From Hormiphora californensis (Eukaryota > Animalia > Ctenophora): DNA of 64,000 bases. Below, piece after piece: positions 26,701-37,729 of this stretch. Position 1 is the first letter of the stretch. The number at the start of each line of letters is the position of its first letter. Position numbers and translations under genes: made by a program. A model generated the notes under the pieces. That model was not told the DNA's origin. It did no database searches and worked only from the letters and a program-made list of their open reading frames with translations. Where the stretch lies: the NCBI GenBank assembly GCA_020137815.1, contig CM035358.1, positions 4,650,001 to 4,714,000 of the forward strand, in the 5' to 3' direction.

Positions 26701-29036
26701 GTTAAAGGTCCCTGGAGCTCCCAGAGGATGCCCCCTAAGTCCCCAGCGGGTAAAATGAGCAGTCCATATCCTTATTTTAGCACAGCTGATTCAATTTAAT
26801 GAGAAAGAAAAATTTCATGATCAAAATTTTGAAGATCGTAGTAAGACATACGTGTAAAGATTGGCCCATAATCCTGAACTATACTACCTTGAGACATCCC
26901 TAACCTATAATAGGACTGGAGCCAAGGATGCTAGGAATACCGTAGAACCCTTTATTTTCTTTCAAATCATCATTTTCTTGAAAAAAATCACCGAGGGACA
27001 ATATTTATGAGACAACCTAATATTATGAATATTTTTTCCCAGTTTGTCCTGATAGAACCATCGTTAACTCGCCAACTAGTTTGAATGGGATTGAAGCAGG
27101 GAACTCCGTAACTGTCACTTGCACGGAAATTACCTTTGAACTAAAAGGACTAAGCACGGTATCCTGTGACAATAACGGAGTATGGAGTGCCCTTCCAACT
27201 TGCGAGAAAAAAGGCAAGTCTATATATAATAGACTCTCTATAATAGAGAACGATCATTACAAAGCTTTTGAAGAGCCTTAATTATATACTTTTTAACGTG
27301 TTCCAAAATACCTCATCAGCATGCCCGGATCTCTCGATTGAAAACTCTGCCTCCGACTCATGGGGTGCTGTTGTTGGCGAAACGATAACAATCACCTGCA
27401 ACAATCTCTACAAGTTGAGCGGAGAAAGTGAAATACCGTGTGACATACAAGGAAATTCCGGACATTGGACTAAAGATATCCCTACATGCGATAAAATAGG
27501 TAAAGATACATAGTCTCACTGTCTCAGGTCTCTACGATCAGCTGTATTTGAGATACATACAGGGAATTTCTCTATTTCCAAAAAAACGGCTTTCATATCG
27601 TTAGACGCAACTTTTCACCAATTTAGAGCCTTAAAGGTTGGACAAGATACGGTTTTAATGGATCAAAAGAAACAAGTTGGTGAAGGTCCCATGCTTCTAA
27701 CTTGTGTTTGAAGCTTGCACGTGCATGCGCGTTCCTAGTTATGAAGGAATTTCAAACACAACATAATGTCCATTTTTTTCAACTGTTCACCCCCCAAAGT
27801 CGTGCGCGGAATTGTTTTGCGCGTTTATCACAAGTTAACGTGTAGCGCGCGCAGCGTAAATTAAAATATCGCACGCGCACGAGTTGAGGGGTGAACAGTT
27901 GAATAAAAATGGACTTTAGAGACGTCATCTTTTCACCAAACTTTTAAATGGACACCAAGGAATGTAACAACCAATTAGTTTAGTCATTATTCCAAATTTC
28001 GTTTTTGTGCACCTCTCACTTTAAACCGTTTTTTATTAATATTTTTCGCTTTCAGTTTGTCCTGGTCTGACGATTGCAAACAGTTCACGCATTGATTACG
28101 AATCGGCGGAGATTGGAAATGTCACGACAGTTTCATGTGCAGATTTCTTTGAGTTACAGGGTGAGAGTGTTCTTACTTGTAATGCTGTCTCTAGTACTGA
28201 TGCAGAGTGGAGCAGTGATGTGCCTATTTGTACAAAAGGTAATTTCTAATCCTTATCCCCCATGATGTTCACGTCAAAACGGTTATAGCTATCCTTAGGA
28301 TGGATAGAAACTAGTCCAATTGAGCGTTTGGGCGGGGGGGGTCCAGCCCTAAAAAACAGGCATGTAGGGGAAGTTTTGAAAGTGGTGGGGCCAAATTTTT
28401 TTGGTCACGTGATATGACATACACTGACTTTTCTACTGAAAATTTGAGTAGATCGGGCGAAGAGACAGCGGAGCCCGAGAAAAATTTTCGGTTTTTAGGC
28501 CAAAAAGTCATAGTTTTCGTATAATCATAAAAAGTACTGGGGCCATTTCCTGAAAAGTACTGGGGCCATGGCGTACCCTGCCCCCCCCCCTTCCCCTACA
28601 TGCGTGTAAAAAAAGCTAAGCCATCGGCCAAAATTAGGGTACCTTTAGCTTTTTAAGCTTTTTTAGCCTTTTTTAGCTTTTTGTAGCTTTATTTAGCTTT
28701 ATTAGCCTAAAGCTAAAAAGGCTAGAAAAGGCTAAAAAGCTAAAATAAAGCTAAAATAAACGCCATCGACCAAAATCAGGGTACCTTTAGCTTTTTTAGG
28801 GCTGGACCCCCCCCCCCCCCCACGTTTTACTCATCCAGGTTGCCCTGAGTTTTCCATCCCCAACTCTGGTTCCTGGGGCCCAATCCAAAATGACGGAGAC
28901 CACCTGACTGTTACCTGTTCCCGGGATGGCGATATTCTAAATCTGGTAGGGGATGATGTCGTTACCTGCAGTTTCTTAGCGAATACCAAAATGTACACCA
29001 CTTCAGACTTGCCTACTTGTGAATTCAACAATCGAT
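20732..29036 (+). CDS. Secreted/extracellular protein: signal peptide, two ~135-aa repeats of an uncharacterised beta-rich domain, six sushi/CCP domains
   Basis: All phase-1 exons: 20732-20789 (MIRLLLLIAALCGTVVLTA), 21065-21481, 22443-22844, 24453-24629, 25387-25566, 27043-27213, 27320-27499, 28056-28238, 28839-29036; CCP C-P..C..L.G...C....W....P.C pattern; 3' end uncertain. Confidence 0.85.
22878..23864. mobile_element. TIR element with poly-G/poly-C termini and 8-9-bp TSD (Mutator-like), containing a nested MITE
   Basis: (c)caatgatg flanks both ends; gggggtgcgacatgttaa / ttaacatgtcgtccccc TIRs. Confidence 0.75.
23444..23616. mobile_element. CAGTCGGACCCC MITE, copy 2
   Basis: Same TIRs and TA TSD as 18273-18412. 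Confidence 0.9.
24713..25255 (-). mobile_element. Helitron-like remnant
   Basis: On - strand ends in hairpin gcccgtagggcgaacgggc followed by CTAG|T; internal basic ORF (RQRLSRSRRTAAVREQAREYDRLRHR) resembles a RepHel N-terminus. Confidence 0.5.
26107..27020. mobile_element. Non-autonomous mariner-like element with long TIRs, TA TSD
   Basis: ta|ttaggttgtcccataaatattgtccctcggtg...caccgagggacaatatttatgagacaacctaa|ta. Confidence 0.85.
28331..28821. mobile_element. Poly-G/poly-C-ended TIR element with a second TIR element nested inside (~28356-28606)
   Basis: gggggtccagccctaaaaa / tttttagggctggacccccc; inner gcatgtaggggaag / cttcccctacatgc. Confidence 0.7.
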
Positions 29037-30260
29037 GTAAGTCTTGAACATCCTAATTAAGTTGTGACAAAAATCACTTGTCACACAATGACTGATAAAA
29101 CGACTAATTTGAATTGACGAGGACATCAGACTCCCAACCCATTGGACACACTCTCCCCCCCCCCCCCCCCACACAGCTCACGTCATATCTCTATATCATA
29201 GTCCATAGAGCATCTGCATTATATCACGATAGCAACGACAGCTACAATCACCCCTCATCTCATTAACTGAATTTAACGAAGATATTTTCCTTGATCAACC
29301 CATTTTGAAGATAGATACCTGATATAAACACGGTCAACCTAGTTAATTTGATAATATTCGGGGCTTGGTAAGACCCCCCAACCCGAATATAAACCAAACT
29401 CAACCCATCCCCTTAAAAACAACGGGGCCGAGCCGACAGGCCCTTAATAACAGATGAAAAAACCGTTAAACCATAAACCATAAACCATAAACCATGCACA
29501 CTACCATCTAAACCCAGCCAGCACCGAACCACCCAGAATGGGTTCATTCCAAGAGGGTCTTTTGCTTGGCATTCAAGGAGAAAAGTTTTACTTTAGCTCT
29601 GTATTTGGTATCATTTATCAACAATGCCGCATTGTTGATACCAAATACAGAGCTAAAGTAAAAAGTCAGTAAATCTGTAAGAGGCCTGATTGGTCATTAC
29701 TGAGTACAGCCGACGCCCGACAAGGCGACAAAGACACGTTAATATGTATAAAGCTGCCAATAGATACGCAAAAGAAAGGCCCGAATGCTGTTCCCTGTGC
29801 ACCGTCTCATGCGTGTCATCTGTGCTTTTACTGGTCACTACTGAAGACTAGTTTGGCCTCTCTTGTTAAACAAGGGGACTGCCGAGTGCCGAGTCACGAC
29901 GCCGACTGCGACATTTATTTGGTCGATTTAAAAAAACAACCCCAAGTCCCAACATTCAACACCGATTGGCATCACTTTTCAGCGGCCAAGGATCGATTTT
30001 AACGTTTTGGGAAGTGGGAACCCGATATCCAAAATTTTGGTTTATTTTATTTGCAAAAAAGTCAGACTTTTTATTTTCCCGCGCGCGGCAATCGGCAGCG
30101 GCGAAATTTTGACAAAAACGCTGCAATTGCATGGCGCGCGTTACAGTAGCTCGAATTTGAACATTTCCGGACAAAATAAAATATCTTTTCTATCATTTTT
30201 TCCGACTCTCTCGGTTTTTTTTCTACACCTCTTTTTCCTATCCCCTGCCGCAAAGCCATT

Positions 30261-33200
30261 ATGACGTCTGTTATGGATATACTTGTTGGATCAAATGATA
30301 ATCTTCAGGATGAGGTAGCAATTTTGAAGTTTTTGAGTCTCGTAAATCTCCAAAATTCGTTCATATTCATATTCAAATTACCTCTCTTTTTTTCTGAACC
30401 TTCAACCGCCGCCTAAATAGCTGATAATTTTTTCAGAACCTTAATATTGAAAATGAACTCTCACAACCAATTGAAGAACATGATGCGTTATTTGATCTTT
30501 CTAAAGAGGATGAGGGTCTGGAATCCCCCGAGAATGAATACTACAAACCTATTGTTATTGAAAGTATGTTTTAATGAAGTTATCCTCAATCTACATTCTA
30601 CTGGTCAACAATTATAAAATGAACGCCTAATTTTACAGCAATGCCTTTCTTCAGACTCCAAACCGTTGAAAAAACGCCGAAGGGAACAAGTTACAATGAA
30701 CGTAGCACCACTATCGACTGGTCAGATATTTGATTCCACGCCGGGTGAGGAAATTGATGACGATGAGCTGTTAGAGGATGGTAGTTTGGATGAGGTATCT
30801 GATGATGATCCGGATGATGATATCGATCAACCATTCCGAATACCCGTTATGGATCCTTCTGTGAGTGATACATTCCCCTATTTTATCAAAACTTCCATCT
30901 TTAGAAGTGATTTCTCTTGAAATTTCTACTGATTTATCTTATTCAGGAGCCGAGGTTTTGTTTTTGTCGTTGGGGTGAGAGTGGAGCGATGGTGCAGTGT
31001 TCGGGATGTAAAGAATGGTTCCATGATGAATGCATCGGACTTGTTGAACAGGAAATCGAAAACATTATCACATACTACTGTGCAGTGTGTTGTGCTAAAG
31101 ATAAGAAACACGTCACAACTTATAAACGGGATCCGGCGGTTTTGAGAAGAATTGTCAACAAGAAGGTATGATCTGCTTCTGTTAGGAAGCCTTACTCCTC
31201 TAGTTCGGCTCTTACCCAAACATTACTATTCAACATGCAGATTACCCTTATTGATATATTCCGTATTATTTCAACGGGTGACAAGTCCCGGATTCGCTAA
31301 AAAAACTGTCGTGCATTCGTTGATTTAATTAGAAATAGAGACGAGCACATTTCCTATCTATTTCAGGTGAAAAGGAACATTATTTCACAGCGCCCCTTCC
31401 CCTCTGGTAGCCGGATGATGGTTAATGTCAAGAGCATCCGGCCTGCCAAGTTTCATATACCCCAGGACTTTTATCAGCAGGTAGGAAGTTGTTTACTCAC
31501 ATAGTTGGAAGTCAATATAACTTGAAGTCATCACATGCTTGCATTGGTTGATGACTAGTACTAGTTTACCTGTTACCACGTTATTTGTATCCCGTTTCAA
31601 ATGTCCAGGAGTTCCAGGAAGAGCACGAGGAGAGACAGAGGATAAACAGGGCACAGAAACGGAAACGACAGGTGGAGAGGAAGATACGGAAAGAGATGAA
31701 GATGACGAAAGAGGATCACAAATTGGTAAAGAAGAATTTCATGGTTGTCGAGCAAAAAGAGGAACCTGGGGTGAGTGGTATTGGGAGCTAGATAGAAATC
31801 AATTACCAACCCTGTAAAGTTAACAAAATAATTGACAGACGGTTTAACCCTGTGTTTTCTTGCCTTGCTCGATCCTGTTTCACAAATGTACAGGAGGGTT
31901 AGAACATAACAAGTGTTTTCTTTGTTAGTTAAATATTTTAGTCTAAAGTATCGTTACTCAGGAGATCTATGAGGAATACGAGTGTGACTTGACCAAAATA
32001 GAAAGTCAATATTTCGAAGAGGAAGAGGAGGAGGAGGAGGAACTTGTTGAGAGGGAGGAAGAGGTAGTTGAAGAAGATGGGCTTGTCAAGATGGAACAGC
32101 TGGAAGCTGCTGCAGCAGGAGAGGAAGAGGAAGGAAATGATGGGACTGCTATGGAGGAGGGGGATACTAGTGTTGTTAATGAGGAAGTGGAAGAGGAGGA
32201 GGAGGATGAAGAAGAAGAGGAACGAATAATTGCGGTAAGTGTTCAAAATCTTTCATCGAGTTTCAGTTTTCACGGTATTATAACTTATAATCGGGGTCCG
32301 ACTGTATTATAACTTTACACAAACCTAGAATATATTATTAGATAAAAATTAGCTGGTTATATCTATTACTGAAAGACACAACACTGTTTCCTCAGACCAT
32401 CATCGAAGAGGATATTGTACCTGGATCAGGGGACAACTGGAGATATGGTTACAAGAAAGAGAAGAGAAAGTCCAAAAAACGGGAACCGAAAGCTCCTAAA
32501 CCCCCCAAGATCCCAAAGGTTAAGGTTCCCAAGCCTCCCAAACCTGCCAAAGTCAAGAAAGAACCTGTGGCGTTTGTGATGTGTGAGGAGTGCGGGGACG
32601 CGTTCAAGACTGAGAAGGCCAGGGACAGGCATTTTAAGAGTAAACATGCGGTCAAGGAGGTCGTTATGTATGAGTGTGAAGAATGTCAAAAGGTGAGTGT
32701 GGTTCTTGTTCATATAAACAAGTGCCATTCCAAATGGGGATCTGTAACCAATAAAATTCTTGTTTTGTTCATACCCTTTTGGGCGGGGAGGGAGGGTGGG
32801 TGGGGGGTTATCATGGTGACAAATGGTGACTCATCTGACTATTTAGGGTATGTCACCATCACCATTTGTCAACATTTGTCGCCATTCGGCTCCATTTTTC
32901 CCCATTTCTCTCCATTTGTCACCATTTTTTGACGAAATATGCGGATTTCGGCAGAATTTCTTTAAAAATTTGATAAAATATATTAATTTCCTTAGACCGA
33001 TATATTTGTTCATAAGTTGTTTACATGGCCATTCCGGATCGGCTAGTAGTGTATTGGACCGCTAAAACTTTCCAAAAGTCACGTTGAGGGTGTACCTCCC
33101 TCGCACAACACATAAAAGCGCAATTAACCACCTGTGACCCTTAATTACATCCAATCGACTTGAAACTTGGTAGAAGTGTCCCCCAGTGTCCCATAACATC

Positions 33201-33866
33201 ATATTATGCCCCATAGCATCATATTATGCCTGTAGGAAGCTCCAGCGAGAATGGTGACAAATGGTGACTCATCTCAAAATTTTGGTCATGTCACCATCAC
33301 CATTTGTCACCATATGTCACCATTTGTCACCATGATTACCCCCCCCCCCCCCCCCCGGGAGGGTCAAACAAGGCAATAATATTCAATATTTCTAGTATTT
33401 TGATCCTTTCTTTTTTAGCGATACTCATCCAAGGCAGCGCTACAAGATCACATTACAAAGCTTCATAGATGCAAGGAAACCTTCGCGTGCATGTTCTGTG
33501 GTGACAACTTCACATCCATGAACAAGGTAAGAGAAATGAGAAGATCACTGTAGTATTCAGAATGGTTTTATTTCCCTCTTTCTCTTTCCCCCATTTGTTA
33601 CAACCCCCCACCCCTGTTTTCTCCCCCCCCCCCATTTGGCAACTTCTCCTCGGCCCTGTTCTCTCCCGCATTTGTACCCCCCCCCCCCTCATTTTTTAAA
33701 CTCCTCCCCCTCTCAGCTGACAGCCCACACCAACTCTCGGCACCTGAACGTCCGGATTTCCTGCGAGATATGTTCCCGATCGTACAGCAACAGGTCCGCC
33801 CTTGCCAGTCACATGAGGAAGAGTCACGGGGAAGGTGCGGGAGATAGTGATGATGATCAGGACTGA
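30261..33866 (+). CDS. PHD finger plus C2H2 zinc-finger chromatin protein, multi-exon
   Basis: PHD RFCFCR..MVQCSGCKEWFHDECIGL..YYCAVC; acidic tract; C2H2 CEECGDAF..HFKSKH and CEICSRSYSNRSALASHMRKSH. Confidence 0.8.
32790..33357. mobile_element. G-tract/C-tract-ended TIR element in an intron
   Basis: gggggttatcatggtgacaaatggtgac ... gtcaccatttgtcaccatgattaccccc. Confidence 0.7.
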
Positions 33867-34293
33867 ACAGTGAACACTCACACCGTTGTTAAACAGAGTT
33901 AAAAATACTTTGTTTTCCGTATAAATACCAATTTTTCGTGGACAAAAGAGGACATTCTGTTCATATTAAGATACTTTTTATTTTGTGCAGAATCAGCTAT
34001 CAGTGTTTGTGTGTGTGTGTGAGAAAGAGTGAGATGAAATGTTATGAATTATTTCGCATATAATATTTGAAGTAAAGAGGGCCCAGGAACTTTCAATAAA
34101 CTGAAGGTGCCAAGTTATGGGGGACATTTTTGGGTATCTTCCAGCATCCTCAGAACTTATTAATATCGTACTCACTTTATATTGACACATTTACTGAGAC
34201 AGTGTCTTTTCGATTTATCTCTCTTCCCAGTTCCCCTATTCCTTTCCCATCCCGTGAGTTCTCTAAAAATCCTAATTCCCGTCTAGTGCGTTC

Positions 34294-35079
34294 ATGGCTG
34301 AGGACTCTGAATCAGAACTCGGTAAGTCGTTATACATCCGTGTTTTTACCATGCCGATTTCCTAATTTTCATCAATTAATTAATTAATTAATTATTAATT
34401 ATTGTGTTTAGATCTGGATCAGAAATTGACGTTAGCTGAGAATGAGAGTGCAAGTGATCAAAAACAAACGCTACTTCTAGAGAGTGTAATGCAGCTGATC
34501 AATGTAACAAGTGTAAGTGTTTTATCAGTGTAACAAAATTAGGTGTTTTAGGGGGTGTTTTATCAAAGCAATTAGTGGAAGTGTCTTATCAAATATCAAT
34601 GTAACAAGTGTATGTGAAAGTATTCCATCTTTCCTTTTTTTGAGCGATTAGTTATCTCGGATTGTTCACCAAATTATAACAATCTCATTTCTTCCCAGGA
34701 GTACCCGACACCAAAAGACGAGATCCCGATTTTACGACCGGAACGAGATCGAGTGCTTCCAAACCTAACAGCCGACCTTGAATCATACGAAAGTGATTGG
34801 GGTCTTGAGATCCTAGAGAGTCGTGTTGAATGGACACCTCCCTCTCCCACCACAGTTGCCATGACGACAAGAGACAATGAATGTAATGGTGAAACTACCA
34901 GACAGACACTCGTGGAAGAGAAAGAGAATGTAGTTCATAATGAAAATATGGAACTCAGTGTCGTGTGCGAGACACCCAAATCTACCGCTAAACAGATAAA
35001 CAGAACGGTTCTGTTGAAAACTACGTCTCACAGTAGTGAATCTCCGCGACGTAGTAAGCGACGTAGCGCCCGGTTCTGA
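34294..35079 (+). CDS. Uncharacterised ~170-aa protein, 3 exons, basic C-terminus (possible NLS)
   Basis: Exons 34294-34321, 34412-34512, ~34699-35079 in phase; ends SPRRSKRRSARF. Confidence 0.55.
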
Positions 35080-35443
35080 AAACTTTGTAATTATATGGTT
35101 AATTAATTAGTTAATTAATTAAACCTACTATGTATATACGGAAATATTCAAGTCTCATTATGTTGCGAGGAGAGAGGTAGCAAGGTAGTCAGAAAGATGC
35201 ATGCACTTTTTGTCAGTTGTGTATTTTAGTGCTAAATCTTACCATTATTGACAAAGAAACTATCCAAGTTTTTAAAATTCAATTATACCCGAAATAGCAA
35301 TTTTCAAAGCTCGAATCGTTGTTTTAATAACTGTGTTGATCCCATCCCCAGCCAACATCCACTTCTCTCTACACTACTGATTTTGTTTAAAAACCTGTCT
35401 GAACATATATCTCTCTACTGCAGCAGTGGGGGTATCCAGTTCC

Positions 35444-37306
35444 ATGTCATTTGTTGTGTGGGAGTGGCAGGGAGACAACAACGTCTCTTTCATCCCGTAT
35501 TCCAGTGAAGTGTGCACCGTTCTTGAGGATGCCAAAAATACCAACAAACAAATCGTACGTGGCCGGCAGTAATTAGTCTCAGCTCAGACAGCCTTGGGTA
35601 TTGCCCGACTTTTTTCTCTCTCTTAACCCTTCTCTTCCCAGGTCCAGTTAGGCCCAATTGATCCATTCATCCTCCTTCAGGTCCAGCTAGGCCCAATTGA
35701 TCCATTTCTCACGCCCTACTCGGTTGACACCCGTGCTATGGAACAGACCTCGGCGTGGGTAGGAAGAAAGAGGAAAGTTAGGAGAGCTTTGATTCAAAAT
35801 GGGCATCCCTTTACAGAAAGCCCGGGGTAGGTTTTCCAATTATTATTAGGCCACAGCAACTGAATATATCATTATAAGTGGAAATGAACCCCACTTATCA
35901 CATCAGTTAGACTAGGAGTAAATTCCTATCCTCGTCCTAAATACAGCTGTATTATTTCGCTCGATTATAGTTATATCATTTCAGGCTGCGCTATGAATGG
36001 GATTTTGGTGGAGGGATGTTCTTCCCCTATGGGTGCAGTGAAGCAGCTGAAATTCACAACGCGACACAGCAAGGTTCCATGGTTTTCAATTTACCTGGAA
36101 CACCCTACCAGATTGACCTAAACAACATGGTTCAGACGAACCAACAAACTAGTTACCAGAGAAAGATCAGGAAAAGTTCATGTACACAGTATAACACACC
36201 TCAGGGATACACAGCTCCCCCTCCCTATCAGCCTACATCAACACAGGTATAAATACTTAGTAGTCCCGTGTCATTTGATTGGTTGCCAATGAGATGTTAC
36301 TCCCGTTTCATTAAGTTGGTTGTCGATGGTTCTATTTTTCTTTACCTTTTTTGAGTTCTCATTTCCGATTTCTTCCCAGCAGGTACCTGCAGTCCAACAG
36401 CGAACACAACCACCCCCCTACACTCCGCCAGCATCACTTCCTACCCCTTCTCGATCCCAACTTTCTGCTGCACGAGCTCATGTTGCTGTCAAGGCTTCTG
36501 CTGGTGCCCCATCTCTGCCTGCAGCTACTGCCGCGGCTGCCCAATCTCTCCCAGCACTGAATGCTGCTGCCCGGCCCGCGGCTGCCCGACTTGGACTAAT
36601 ACCAGCTGCCGCTGCCCAACCAACACCAGCTGCCCGACCTACAACTTCATCCCCAGCCACCCTCTCTTCCATCATCACCTCCAACAGTACACCTTACAAA
36701 AACAACTCTTCCTCCGACACCTGCCCTGTCTGTTTCGATGGTATGGACGTGGCTTCAACCTACACAACCTCCATACCGGGTGTCCCTCATGCTGGCCTAA
36801 CCCTGGGCTGCGGACACCACATCCATAACCCATGTCTCCAAGCCATGGTGGCAGCCAGTTCAGAGGTTACATCATTCAGATGTCCTGAATGTCAGAGAGC
36901 ATTTGGGACACGGACTGGCGACCAACCAAAGGATGGGAAGATGTCAGTTAGGTTGGATAGCAGTTTGAGGCTCGGTGGATATCCTAACAATTCAGTCATT
37001 GTGGTGGTGTACTCCTTCTCCAGTGGCACTAGTAATGGTGTGAGGTATTCCGCGAATGGGTTTCCCCGGTCAGCATACTTCCCGGACACCCCTGAGGGGA
37101 ATGAGATCGTTGACCTTCTGAAAGAGGCGTTTAAACGCCATTTAGTGTTCACCATTGGAACATCTGTCACCACCGGTCAAACTAACACCCTAGTTTGGAA
37201 TGATATACATCATAAGACGACCTTGCAACCTGGTGCATACGGGTATCCGGATCCCGGGTATCTGCAGAGGATTAGAGCTGAACTCAAGGCTAAAGGAGTG
37301 GAGTAG
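35444..37306 (+). CDS. DTX: Deltex-family E3 ubiquitin ligase (tandem WWE, RING-H2, Deltex C-terminal domain)
   Basis: VVWEWQGD..FIPY and YQIDLNNMVQTNQQTSYQRKIR (WWE); CPVC..CGHHIH..C..CPEC RING; GDQP..FPRSAYFPD..AFKRHLVFTIGTSVTTG..VWNDIHHKT..GYPDPGYL (DTC). Confidence 0.93.
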
Positions 37307-37729
37307 TAGGGACTTCAAATCTCTAAAGGAGAAGGGACAGTAGGGACTTCAAAATGGATCTTTGTTTCTGAATTGCAATTAATTATGTGCTGTTGTGCAA
37401 TGTGATATTCACACATAATCTGTCTAAAATCAAAAGTTTCAAACGTTTTAATCAAAACTAGCCCACACTTTTTTATTGTCTAGGTAAATTGTAAAATATC
37501 TTGGGCATATCAGATATCTTTTTTAAATCTCTTTTAGTAATTGCTCTGTTAGATTTTGACTGTCTGTACTAACTGACTTGACTAACGAACTCCAGTCTTT
37601 CTTTTCTGTTTCAAAAGTACAAATAATTATAGATTAATTAATAAATTATTGCACTTCTTAACCCATCTATATTTCCTAGCACATTCCCTATGCTGATGAT
37701 TGTTACTAGGTGATCACACACTGTGAGCG

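Noticed and set aside
37428-37450. aaaagtttcaaac as a spliced-leader RNA gene
   Set aside because: Only a short AT-rich resemblance; no following donor/Sm-site structure recognisable
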